64,000 nucleotides of DNA, taken from Hyphomonadaceae bacterium (GTDB taxonomy: Bacteria > Pseudomonadota > Alphaproteobacteria > Caulobacterales > Hyphomonadaceae). Positions 32,000 through 41,204 of the stretch are shown in pieces; the first letter of the stretch is position 1, and the number at the start of each line of letters is the position of its first letter. Under the pieces are notes generated by a model, which saw nothing but the letters and a program-made list of their open reading frames with translations, was not told the DNA's origin and searched no databases. The stretch spans positions 957 to 64,956 of the forward strand of contig JBBATZ010000015.1 of the NCBI GenBank assembly GCA_040398425.1. The letters run 5' to 3'. The position numbers were made by a program, and so were the translations under genes.

Positions 32000-32252
32000 G
32001 AAAACCTATAACCGCTTAAACAACATCCGCCCCCCGGCCCCATGGGGCGAGTTGGTTATCGTCCAGATGCGGTGCGACGGCGAGGCCAACCATGCGCGCT
32101 TCAGTTGCGAGGCGTTCGCAAAAACAGCTGCGACTAGAAGGTTCAAGACTGCGGGAGCGATTTGATCTTAGTCTAGGAAACCGCCACGCAGAGTTCTACT
32201 AAGGTGCGGGGGCGCCAGAGAAGCGCCGGTCGCTGCGACGAGAGAAACGCCG

Positions 32253-33476
32253 ATGAAACACCTCGCTGCCTTCGAGAATGCCCTGGAAGAAATTCGCTCC
32301 GAAGGGCGCTACCGTGTCTTCATCGATGTGAAGCGATACCGCGGCGAATTCCCGAAAGCCTCCGTTCGCCACAATGACGGTCGCGAGCAGGACGTGATCG
32401 TCTGGTGCTCGAACGACTATCTCGGCATGGGCCAGGATCCCGACGTGATCGAGGCCATGAAGGTTGCGGTCGACACATTCGGCGCCGGCTCGGGAGGCAC
32501 GCGCAACATCTCCGGCACGACGCGCTACCACGTCGAACTCGAGAAAGAACTCGCCAGCCTGCACGGCAAGGAATCCGCGCTGCTCTTCACCTCCGGCTAT
32601 GTCTCGAACGAGGCGACGCTCTCGACGCTCGCCAAGATCATGCCGAACGTCATCATCTATTCGGACGAGCTGAACCACGCCTCGATGATCGAAGGCATCA
32701 AGCGCGCCCATTGCGCCAAGCGCATTTTCCGCCACAACGATCTCGCGCACCTCCGCGCGCTGCTCGAGAATGATCCGGCCGACGCGCCGAAAGTCATCGC
32801 CTTCGAGTCTGTCTATTCGATGGATGGCGACGTCGCACCGATGGAAGCCATGTGCGACCTCGCCGAAGAATTCGACGCGATGACCTATCTCGACGAAGTC
32901 CATGCCGTCGGCATGTACGGCGAAGAGGGCGCAGGCGTCGCGCAGCGCGACAATGTCATGCACCGCATCACCATCTGCGAAGGCACACTCGCGAAGGCTT
33001 ATGGCGTCATGGGCGGCTACATCGCCTCCAAGACTGCGATCGTCGATGCCATCCGCTCGATGGCGCCTGGCTTCATCTTCTCGACCTCGACCTGCCCGGT
33101 GCTCGCCGCCGGTGCGTTGACCTCGATTCGCAAGCTGCGCTCCGACTACGGCCGAGAGCTGCGCAAGAGCCACCAGGAGAAGGCCGAGATGCTTCGCCAG
33201 AAGCTGATCGCCGCGAAACTCCCGGTCATGATGGCCGACACGCACATCGTGCCGCTGCTCGTCGGCGACCCGGAGCGCTGCAAGGCGCTGTCCGACACGC
33301 TGCTGTTCGACTTCGGCATCTACGTCCAGCCGATCAACTATCCGACCGTCCCCAAAGGCACCGAGCGCCTGCGTTTCACCCCGTCGCCGCAACACACCGA
33401 AGCGATGATGGACGAGCTGGTCTCGGCCCTACTGGCGATCTGGAAACAGCTCGGGCTAGATCAGCGAGCGGCGTAG
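32253..33476 (+). CDS. hemA: 5-aminolevulinate synthase
   Basis: 407 aa. [21 protein letters not shown]-terminus, class II aminotransferase fold; a typical alphaproteobacterial ALAS. Confidence 0.93.
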   Translation: MKHLAAFENALEEIRSEGRYRVFIDVKRYRGEFPKASVRHNDGREQDVIVWCSNDYLGMGQDPDVIEAMKVAVDTFGAGSGGTRNISGTTRYHVELEKELASLHGKESALLFTSGYVSNEATLSTLAKIMPNVIIYSDELNHASMIEGIKRAHCAKRIFRHNDLAHLRALLENDPADAPKVIAFESVYSMDGDVAPMEAMCDLAEEFDAMTYLDEVHAVGMYGEEGAGVAQRDNVMHRITICEGTLAKAYGVMGGYIASKTAIVDAIRSMAPGFIFSTSTCPVLAAGALTSIRKLRSDYGRELRKSHQEKAEMLRQKLIAAKLPVMMADTHIVPLLVGDPERCKALSDTLLFDFGIYVQPINYPTVPKGTERLRFTPSPQHTEAMMDELVSALLAIWKQLGLDQRAA

Positions 33477-33495
33477 GCACGACGCCGTCATCAGA

Positions 33496-34029
33496 GTGGT
33501 GGGCATCCGCTGCAATCTTGAGAGCGCCCTTCTTCAGAGCGTCGTGATTGAGGCATTTGCAAGAGACAAGCCGGTGGCGGCCATCTGTCATGGCGTTCTC
33601 CTGGCCGCCCGCAGCATCGACCCGGCGACAGGTCGCTCCGTGCTCTATGGTCGCCGCACCACGGCACTGACATGGAAGTTCGAAAGCTCGGCGAGTGCGT
33701 TGGCGCATGTCGGACGGTTCTGGGATGCGAACTACTATCGGACCTACACCGAGAGCAGGGAGGAAACGCCGGGCTACATGTCGGTGCAGCAGGAGGTCAC
33801 CCGTGCGTTGGCGCAACCCGAGGATTTTGTTGAAGGTCCAACCGATGGCGCGGACCTGCGGATGACAACCTCCGGCATGTCTCGCGACACCCTGACAGAC
33901 AGTCGTCCCGCCTTTGTCGTCACCGATGGCATTTACATCTCGGCGCGCTGGCCTGGGGATACGCACACCTTTGCCCGCGCGTTTGCCGGACTTCTGCACG
34001 ACGCTGGGCAGAAGCAGCATGTGCAATAG
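33496..34029 (+). pseudogene. 5'-truncated DJ-1/PfpI-family (class I glutamine amidotransferase-like) gene
   Basis: Retains KPVAAICHGVLLAA (nucleophile elbow), but the roughly 60-80 residues that normally precede it are missing. The frame opens only at 33460, inside the end of hemA. Confidence 0.5.
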
Positions 34030-34038
34030 TCTGAGATC

Positions 34039-34790
34039 ATGTCCGATCCCGCATACAAAGGACACATCGTCGTCGGCGACATCCGCACGTTGGATGCGCC
34101 GCCGGCAATCGGCGTTCCGACCCTGCGTTTCGTCCACTATCCCGGCGCGCAGCAACTCATCCTGTGGCTGACGCAATCTGGCTATCATGGCTATGGCGAC
34201 GTCACCGTCACGCACAACGGCGCATTGATCGAAAAGGCTACCGTCCGCGACCGCCTCAATGGCAGCGTGCAGATCCTGTGGGACACGCTTGTCTGGCCAC
34301 CCGGCGACTATCGCATCGTCATCACCCACACCGACGGCTGGCACCACGAAGCTGTGCTGCAGAAGCTCGAAGCCGGAATCGCGCCGCCCCAGCCAGAACC
34401 GCTACCGGCGCCGCCCCATCAGACGCGCCCATCATCTACCGCGATGGCTTCGGCAATGTGCCCCCCGACATCGACCTCGAAATCCGGGCGCAGGCGCAGG
34501 TCAAGCTGGCGCACACTTTCGGCCGTCGTCTCGAACACGAGGGCACGCTTCGCGGGGGCACCGTCATTTATATTGACCCGATCCACCGCATCGTGTTCGA
34601 GAACGAGCTCTGCGGCGGTGCGCTCCACGCCACCATCTACATTCCAGCAATCGCCCACTGGGAAGACGCCACGGGCGCCCCGCTGTCCCTGCGCGACGAG
34701 ATCGTCGCCTTCGTCGCCGAGCGGGTCCGGCAGGAGCAGGCCAGCACCTGGCGCTACCGCATCACGCCGACCTCGATTGATTTCTATTGA
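34039..34790 (+). pseudogene. Frameshifted two-domain hypothetical gene
   Basis: Frame of 34039 is coding-like up to ...GIAPPQPEPLPAPP. Frame of 34164 is coding-like from ...SDAPIIYRDGFGNVPPDIDLE to the stop at 34790. No start codon lies in the second frame near the junction. A C4 run sits at 34414-34417. Confidence 0.6.
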
Positions 34791-34832
34791 GCTGCCGATG
34801 ACAGCCCAACAAGGGCAGGGCATTCTCTCCAG

Positions 34833-35072
34833 ATGACTGGCGATCCCGATGGCGAAATCCTGATCGAGATGAACCGCATCGGCGGGTCGCTGGAGGTGCG
34901 CGCGATCTCCACGTCTGACGATCTGGAGGTTGTCTTCACCGCGCCGGCAAGCGCCGCAAAGTCCGACATCGAAAAGCTGGCGCGCGCCAAGCTCGCCTAT
35001 GTCCGGCGAAAGGGGCAGGGCGGAAGTGAGCCGGGCAGGAAGCCGGACGGCAAGGGCGGCTGGATCGCCTGA
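34833..35072 (+). CDS. Conserved alphaproteobacterial small protein (DUF6898-like)
   Basis: 79 aa. EILIEMNRIGGSLEVRAISTSDDLEVVFTAPASAAKSDIEKLARAKLAYV matches a small-protein family I recall near glyA/mucR loci. Confidence 0.55.
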   Translation: MTGDPDGEILIEMNRIGGSLEVRAISTSDDLEVVFTAPASAAKSDIEKLARAKLAYVRRKGQGGSEPGRKPDGKGGWIA

Positions 35073-35083
35073 CCGCAAGCCGC

Positions 35084-35515
35084 CTACTTCCCCTTCCGCA
35101 CGCCCTTGCCGAGGCCGATCTTCTTGGCGAATTCGGAGCGCCGCTCGGTATAGGAAGGCGCCACCATCGGATAGTCGGCTGGCAGTCCCCAGCGGCGGCG
35201 GTAGTCATCCGGGCTCATGTTGAAGCGTGAGCGCAGGTAGCGCTTCAGCATCTTCAGCTTCTTCCCGTCCTCGAGACAGAGGATGTAGTCGTTCCCGACA
35301 GATTTGCTGATCGGCACCGCGGGCTTCGGACGGTCCTCGGTGCGCGGCGCCGGCGCGCCGGACAGGGACGAAACCGTCCTGTAAACAGACCGGATGACGT
35401 CCGGCAGGGTTTCGGCGGTAACGGCGTTGTTTGCCACAAACGACGCAATAATTTCCGAAGTCATTCGTAGAATTTCCCCGCCACTGGGCGGTGAATCACC
35501 TGTCTCGTCCTGCAT
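35084..35515 (-). CDS. mucR: Ros/MucR-family zinc-finger transcriptional regulator
   Basis: ATG 35515. PAVPISKSVGNDYILCLEDGKKLKMLKRYLRSRFNMSPDDYRRRWGLPADYPMVAPSY. Confidence 0.92.
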   Translation of the reverse strand: MQDETGDSPPSGGEILRMTSEIIASFVANNAVTAETLPDVIRSVYRTVSSLSGAPAPRTEDRPKPAVPISKSVGNDYILCLEDGKKLKMLKRYLRSRFNMSPDDYRRRWGLPADYPMVAPSYTERRSEFAKKIGLGKGVRKGK

Positions 35516-35740
35516 GACAACTTCCCACCAGCTCCGAGGCCACGTCGTATTTCCCCGGCCCCGGGAGATGCCTAGCAAACTACCAAGTAGCTGCGCGGAG
35601 ATTAATCGCGAATACTCAATCGCGTCGTTCTGCCCCGGAATTTACCTTGGTAAACGCAGGGAAAGCCCTTGCCCTTGCCAAGGGGCAGGCGACCCCGTAT
35701 CGCCCGGTCAATCCGCCTCGAAACATTGGGAGTCGCGCCG

Positions 35741-37039
35741 ATGAGCCAGTCGAACATCCTGACGAAAGGGTTCTTTTCGACCGGACTGGCCGAAGCCGAC
35801 CCCGTCATCGCGAAATGGATCGGCGAGGAACAACATCGCCAGAGCGACCAGATTGAGCTGATCGCCTCGGAGAACATCGTCTCCCGCGCCGTCCTCCAGG
35901 CGCAGGGGTCGCTCCTCACAAACAAGTACGCGGAAGGTTATCCGGGCAAACGCTATTATGGCGGTTGCGAGTTCGTCGACGAGGTCGAAACCCTCGCCAT
36001 CGATCGCGCCAAACAGCTGTTTGGCTGCGCGTTCGCGAATGTCCAGCCGTCCTCGGGCAGCCAGGCTAACCAGGCTGTCTTCACGGCGCTCATCAAGCCC
36101 GGCGACAGCATCCTCGGCATGAGCCTCGACGCCGGTGGTCACCTTACGCACGGCGCCAAGGTCAACCAGTCCGGCAAGTGGTTCCAGGCGCATGCCTACG
36201 GCGTCCGCCTGCAGGACGGCCGCATCGATCTCGACGACGTCCGCAAGGTCGCGAAGGAGTCCGCTCCCAAGATCATCATCGCGGGCGGTTCGGCCTATTC
36301 GCGCACCATCGACTTCGCCGGCTTCCGCGCCATCGCGGATGAAGTCGGCGCGATCTTCATGGTCGACATGGCTCACTTCGCCGGCCTCGTCGCCGCCGGC
36401 CTGATCCCCAGCCCGCTGCCCCACGCGCACGTCGTCACAACCACGACCCACAAGACCCTGCGCGGACCTCGCGGCGGCATGGTGCTCACCAATGACGAAG
36501 CCATCGCCAAGAAGATCAATTCGGCCGTCTTCCCCGGCATCCAGGGCGGCCCCCTGATGCATGTCATCGCCGGCAAGGCCGTGGCCTTCGGCGAAGCGCT
36601 GAAGCCCTCCTTCAAGGCCTACGCACAAGCCATCATCGACAACGCCCACATGCTGGCCTCGACGCTGGAAGCCGGCGGTCTTGATATCGTCTCCGGCGGC
36701 ACCGACACGCACCTGATGCTCGTCGATCTTCGCCCCAAGGGCGTGAAGGGCAACGACACCGAGAAAGCGCTCGAGCGCGCCTTCATCACCTGCAACAAGA
36801 ACGGCGTGCCGTTCGATCCGGAAAAGCCGATGGTCACGTCTGGCGTTCGCGTTGGCTCGCCCGCCGCCACGTCGCGTGGCTTCGGCACGGGCGAGTTCAA
36901 GCAGGTCGGCCTCTGGATGACCGAGATCGTCGACGCGCTCGCCAAGGGCGGCGATACGTCATCCGTCGAAGCGAAAGTCCGCGAAGAAGTGAAGGCGCTC
37001 ACCGCGCGCTTCCCGATCTATGCAGCTCCCTGGGGCTGA
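35741..37039 (+). CDS. glyA: Serine hydroxymethyltransferase
   Basis: ATG 35741. [33 protein letters not shown] (PLP Lys). Confidence 0.96.
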   Translation: MSQSNILTKGFFSTGLAEADPVIAKWIGEEQHRQSDQIELIASENIVSRAVLQAQGSLLTNKYAEGYPGKRYYGGCEFVDEVETLAIDRAKQLFGCAFANVQPSSGSQANQAVFTALIKPGDSILGMSLDAGGHLTHGAKVNQSGKWFQAHAYGVRLQDGRIDLDDVRKVAKESAPKIIIAGGSAYSRTIDFAGFRAIADEVGAIFMVDMAHFAGLVAAGLIPSPLPHAHVVTTTTHKTLRGPRGGMVLTNDEAIAKKINSAVFPGIQGGPLMHVIAGKAVAFGEALKPSFKAYAQAIIDNAHMLASTLEAGGLDIVSGGTDTHLMLVDLRPKGVKGNDTEKALERAFITCNKNGVPFDPEKPMVTSGVRVGSPAATSRGFGTGEFKQVGLWMTEIVDALAKGGDTSSVEAKVREEVKALTARFPIYAAPWG

Positions 37040-37052
37040 TCAGGAGTAACGA

Positions 37053-37517
37053 TTGCGCTGTCCGTATTGCGGAACTGCAGATTCGGTCGTGAAGGACAGC
37101 CGCCCCGCTGAAGAAGACAACGCGGTCCGCCGACGCCGTGGCTGCAACAATTGCGGCGGCCGCTTCACCACCTTCGAACGCGTGCAACTGCGCGACCTCA
37201 TCGTCGTCAAGCGCGATGGCCGCAAAGCCGTCTTCGAGCGCGACAAGCTGCGCCGCTCGCTCAAGATTGCGCTGCAGAAACGTCCCGTCACCGACGACCA
37301 GCTCGACCACATGATCTCCGGCATCGTCCGCCAGCTCGAGAACATGGGCGAGAACGAGATCAAGACGTCCGACATCGGCGAGATGGTGATGGAAAACCTG
37401 AACCAGCTCGATCCTGTCGGCTTCATTCGCTACGCGTCCGTCTACAAGGATTTCAAATCCCCAGCTGACTTCGCCGCCTTCATCGCGTCCCAACCGCATG
37501 ACGAGGATGACGCTTGA
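37053..37517 (+). CDS. nrdR: Transcriptional repressor NrdR
   Basis: 154 aa. MRCPYCG ... RRRRGCNNCGGRFTTFE zinc ribbon plus ATP-cone. Confidence 0.95.
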   Translation: MRCPYCGTADSVVKDSRPAEEDNAVRRRRGCNNCGGRFTTFERVQLRDLIVVKRDGRKAVFERDKLRRSLKIALQKRPVTDDQLDHMISGIVRQLENMGENEIKTSDIGEMVMENLNQLDPVGFIRYASVYKDFKSPADFAAFIASQPHDEDDA

Positions 37518-38188
37518 GCGGTGATCTTCCCACCGTCACGCTCAAGCTCGCCACCTCCCTTGATGGCCGCATCGCCCTCGCGAATGGCCAAAGCCAGTGG
37601 ATCACCGGCGAGGCCGCCCGCGCCGAAGTCCACCACCTGCGCGCCAATCATGATGCCGTCGTCGTCGGCTCTGAAACCGTGCTGGCCGATGATCCGCTGC
37701 TGACCGCGCGTCTTGATCCCGCGCCCGCAAGGCAACCGCTCCGCGTCGTCGCCGACAGTCGCGGCCGCATTCCGCCCAGCGCAAGACTCTTCTCGACGCT
37801 GGAGATCGGCCCCGTCGCCATCGCCACGCTGGAGACCACCGATCTCGACGCCAAGGGCTGGCCCTCTACCCGCGGCCTGCAATTCTGGATGCTTCCCGCC
37901 GGTGAAGGCTCCAACAGCGTCTCGCTCCCCGCCATGATGGACAGCGCCCAGCGGGCAGGGGTGGCATCCATGATGATCGAAGGCGGAGGCCAGCTCGCCG
38001 CTGCCTTCATACGCGCGAACCTTGTCGACCGCATCGAATGGTTCCGCGCGCCGATCCTGCTCGGCGGCGACGGCCGTCCCTGCCTCGGTAACCTCGGCCT
38101 CGAATCGCTAACCGCCGCGCCTAGGTTCGAACGCACCAGCGTCCGCGAAGTCGGCCCCGACCTTTGGGAAACCTACGCGCGGCGTTAG
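37514..38188 (+). CDS. ribD: 5-amino-6-(5-phosphoribosylamino)uracil reductase; RibD C-terminal domain only
   Basis: 224 aa, TTG start overlapping the nrdR stop. PTVTLKLATSLDGRIALANGQSQWITG aligns with the start of the reductase half of E. coli RibD. No CMP/dCMP-deaminase zinc motif is present. Confidence 0.8.
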   Translation: MSGDLPTVTLKLATSLDGRIALANGQSQWITGEAARAEVHHLRANHDAVVVGSETVLADDPLLTARLDPAPARQPLRVVADSRGRIPPSARLFSTLEIGPVAIATLETTDLDAKGWPSTRGLQFWMLPAGEGSNSVSLPAMMDSAQRAGVASMMIEGGGQLAAAFIRANLVDRIEWFRAPILLGGDGRPCLGNLGLESLTAAPRFERTSVREVGPDLWETYARR

Positions 38189-38397
38189 GCCAGCAAACCA
38201 CGAGGGCGACGCGGGGATTCTCCCGGCTCCCCCATCCAGCCAACCCGAAATTCTCGGGATTATTGACCAAATGCCAACCCGCCGCTTGGCCTTCAGCGGA
38301 GCTAACCCCACCTGTGGCGGCATGGCGGTTGTCAGACCGCCCGGACCGGCGTAGCGGCTTTGGCGCAAGGCCTTTGGACGGGCCTCAGGATGTTTGA

Positions 38398-39021
38398 ATG
38401 TTCACCGGACTTGTCACCGATGTCGGCCGCGTCGCCCTGATCGAGGAGCGTAACGGCTTACGCCGTATCACCATCCGCAGCCGCAACTACCGTCCGGAGC
38501 ACATCCAGCTCGGCGCTTCGATCCAGCATTCCGGCGTCTGTCTCACGGTCGTTGATTTCGGGCCTGACGACGAAGGAGCGTGGTGGGATATCGAGGCTAT
38601 ACCCGAAACGCTGTCCCGCACGACTATCGGGCAGTGGAAGATCGACACCTTCGTCAACCTCGAACTCTCGCTCAAGCTCGGCGACGAACTCGGCGGCCAC
38701 CTCGTTTACGGCCACGTCGATGGCCTGGGCACGGTCTCCGAAATCCGCCAGCTTGGCGGAAGCCGCGTGATCCGCGTCGCCGTACCCGCCGACATCTCCC
38801 GCTTCTTCGCCGAGAAAGGCTCCGTCACCCTCGACGGCGTTTCGCTCACCGTCTCCGCCGTCAGCGGGAAGGGCGAAGACGCCTGGTTCGAAGTCTCGCT
38901 CATCCCGCACACGCTCAGCGTCACCACGCTCGGCGAGCGCAAGGCGGGCGATGCCGTCAATCTCGAAGTCGATATGCTGGCGCGCTACGTCGCGCGAATG
39001 CTGGAATGGCGCACCCCATGA
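38398..39021 (+). CDS. ribE: Riboflavin synthase (alpha chain)
   Basis: 207 aa. MFTGLVTDVGRV, internal repeat with GHLVYGHVDG. Confidence 0.93.
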   Translation: MFTGLVTDVGRVALIEERNGLRRITIRSRNYRPEHIQLGASIQHSGVCLTVVDFGPDDEGAWWDIEAIPETLSRTTIGQWKIDTFVNLELSLKLGDELGGHLVYGHVDGLGTVSEIRQLGGSRVIRVAVPADISRFFAEKGSVTLDGVSLTVSAVSGKGEDAWFEVSLIPHTLSVTTLGERKAGDAVNLEVDMLARYVARMLEWRTP

Positions 39022-40154
39022 AAGACCACACCGAAAAATACGATTTCTCCGCCGCGATCTCTCCCATCGAGGAGATCGTCGAGGAAGCGCGCAACGGCAA
39101 GATGTACATCCTCGTCGATGCGGAAGACCGCGAGAACGAGGGCGATCTCATAATCCCGGCCCAGTTCGCAACGCCTGCCGCCGTCAACTTCATGGCGCGC
39201 TATGGCCGCGGCCTGATCTGTCTCTGCCTCACGCGTGATCGCGCCCGCACGCTACAGCTCGACATGATGGCCCGCGAAAATCGCGAGAGCATGAAGACCG
39301 CCTTCACCGTCTCCATCGAAGCGAAAGAGGGCGTCACCACTGGCATCTCCGCGCACGACCGCGCCCACACCATCGCTGTCGGCGTCGACCCCACCAAGGG
39401 CGCCGACGACATCGTCTCGCCCGGCCACATCTTCCCGCTCGTCGCGCGCGAAGGCGGCGTGCTCGTCCGCGCCGGTCACACCGAAGCCAGCGTCGACATC
39501 TCCCGCCTTGCCGGGCTCTACCCCGCCGCCGTCATCTGCGAGATCATGAACGACGACGGCACGATGGCGCGCCTGCCCGAGCTGGTCACCTTCGCCCAGC
39601 TGCACGGCCTCAAGATCGGCACCATCGCCGACCTCATCGCCTGGCGCCGCCGCCATGACCGCTTCCTTGAGCGCCGCATCGAAAGCGATTTCGAAAGCGC
39701 GTATGGCGGCAAGTTCCGCATCATCGTCTTCCGTAACACGCTCGACGGCGCCGAACACGTCGCGCTCGTCAAAGGCCGAATCCAGGGCGACAGCCAAACG
39801 CTCGTGCGCGTCCACCGCATGGACTTCCTGTCCGACTTCCTCGGTGAAGCCGGCAAGCGCGAAGGCCTCGTCCGCCGCGCCATGGAAAAACTCTCTGCCG
39901 CCGAAGAACCGGGCGTCGTGGTTTTTGTCCGCATGGGTATGGGCGAAGAGATCGCCCGCGCGCTCGGCGGGCAGGCTCCCGTCGATGGCGAGCCGCCTCA
40001 CCCCCTGCGCGAATACGGCGTCGGCGCTCAGATCCTGAAGGATCTTGGCGTCCGCCGCATGATCCTGATGAGCAATACGCGTCCGAACGTGCTGCCGGGC
40101 CTTGACGGCTACGGCCTGACGGTCGAGGGCTGGCGCCGCATTGACGGAGAGTGA
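39018..40154 (+). CDS. ribBA: 3,4-dihydroxy-2-butanone-4-phosphate synthase / GTP cyclohydrolase II(-like)
   Basis: ATGA overlap with ribE. ILVDAEDRENEGDLIIPAQ, RAGHTEASVD. Confidence 0.9.
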   Translation: MKDHTEKYDFSAAISPIEEIVEEARNGKMYILVDAEDRENEGDLIIPAQFATPAAVNFMARYGRGLICLCLTRDRARTLQLDMMARENRESMKTAFTVSIEAKEGVTTGISAHDRAHTIAVGVDPTKGADDIVSPGHIFPLVAREGGVLVRAGHTEASVDISRLAGLYPAAVICEIMNDDGTMARLPELVTFAQLHGLKIGTIADLIAWRRRHDRFLERRIESDFESAYGGKFRIIVFRNTLDGAEHVALVKGRIQGDSQTLVRVHRMDFLSDFLGEAGKREGLVRRAMEKLSAAEEPGVVVFVRMGMGEEIARALGGQAPVDGEPPHPLREYGVGAQILKDLGVRRMILMSNTRPNVLPGLDGYGLTVEGWRRIDGE

Positions 40155-40155
40155 C

Positions 40156-40605
40156 ATGGCCGACGCCCCCCGCATCCTGATCGTTACCTCGCGCTACTAC
40201 GCGAACATCACGGCCGAGCTTGAGGCCGGCGTCACCGAAGGCCTCGAGAAGGTCGGCGCGACGTGGGAATTCCTCGAAGTGCCGGGCGCCTTCGAAATCC
40301 CCGCCGCCATCGCCATGGCCGCCGGTACGGGCGAATGGGATGGCTTCGTCGCCCTCGGCTGCGTCCTGCGCGGCGAGACCTCTCACTACGACCTCATCAC
40401 CAACGAAGTCGCCCGCGCGCTGATGGACCTGTCGATCTCCGGCGTGCCGCTCGGCTTCGGCGTGCTCACCTGCGAGAACGAAGGTCAGGCCCGCATCCGC
40501 GCCGACCGCAAGCAGAAGAACAAGGGCGCTGAAGTTGTCGCCGCCGTCCTCCGCATGGTCGGTTTGTCCTACCGTTTCAACAAGCTCGAAGAGCTGGGTG
40601 AATGA
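40156..40605 (+). CDS. ribH: 6,7-dimethyl-8-ribityllumazine synthase
   Basis: ATG 40156. ILIVTSRYYANIT ... EVPGAFEIP ... LGCVLRGETSHYD. Confidence 0.93.
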   Translation: MADAPRILIVTSRYYANITAELEAGVTEGLEKVGATWEFLEVPGAFEIPAAIAMAAGTGEWDGFVALGCVLRGETSHYDLITNEVARALMDLSISGVPLGFGVLTCENEGQARIRADRKQKNKGAEVVAAVLRMVGLSYRFNKLEELGE

Positions 40606-41081
40606 GCAACGCCTCCTCAGCCGACGCGGAACGCCAGCTGCTCGCCGCAAGACGCTCAGGCGCGCGTCTGGCTGCCGTACAGGCGCTCTACCAGATGGAG
40701 CAGACCGAACAGTCGACCCGCTCCGTCATCGCCGACTTCATGGGCGACCGCCTCGGCCTTAACGATGAGGGCGAGCCGATCGAGGAAGCTGATCCCGATA
40801 TCTTCAAGGCGATCGTCAATGGCGTCGTCGAGCATCAGGAACAGATCGACGCCGCTATCATGAAACGCCTCGCGACGGGCTGGAAGATCGAACGCCTCGA
40901 CGCCACCTCCCGCGCCATCCTCCGCGCTGCGGTCTACGAACTTGTCGCCGAGATCAGCCTGCCATCGCAGATCATCCTCGACGAATACGTCTCCCTCGCT
41001 CACGCGTTCTTCGAGGGCGCCGAACCGAAATTCATCAATGGCCTGCTGGATGCCGTCTCGCGTGATGTACGAGCAGGGTGA
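40602..41081 (+). CDS. nusB: Transcription antitermination factor NusB
   Basis: 159 aa, ATGA overlap with ribH. ARLAAVQALYQME ... RAILRAAVYEL. Confidence 0.92.
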   Translation: MSNASSADAERQLLAARRSGARLAAVQALYQMEQTEQSTRSVIADFMGDRLGLNDEGEPIEEADPDIFKAIVNGVVEHQEQIDAAIMKRLATGWKIERLDATSRAILRAAVYELVAEISLPSQIILDEYVSLAHAFFEGAEPKFINGLLDAVSRDVRAG

Positions 41082-41204
41082 GACCTGCTCCACTGCTGGC
41101 TGTAGCCCTCATGCTGAGCAGGCGGCATAGCCGCCGCCCGTCGAAGCACGAGCGTGTGCTCACCAGCCTTGCGCTCTGTCGTGGTAGCGGCAAAGCTGGA
41201 GCCA

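Noticed and set aside
35579-35740. Possible ZTP (pfl) riboswitch upstream of glyA, a gene class often under ZTP control
   Set aside because: Only a weak CCGCCT match to the 3' pseudoknot block. The GACTGGCG / GGGA...CCAC 5' sub-domain is absent.
38189-38397. Canonical FMN (RFN) riboswitch in the ribD-ribE spacer
   Set aside because: Only fragments match, and they match best on the strand antisense to the rib genes. The GGGTGAAATTCCC P2 hairpin is missing. Kept as a finding about the spacer itself, not as a riboswitch call.
41082-41204. TPP riboswitch upstream of thiL
   Set aside because: Only a CTGAGC fragment is present. There is no ACCTGA...CTGGATAATGCCAGCG-type core, and thiL is not normally THI-box regulated.
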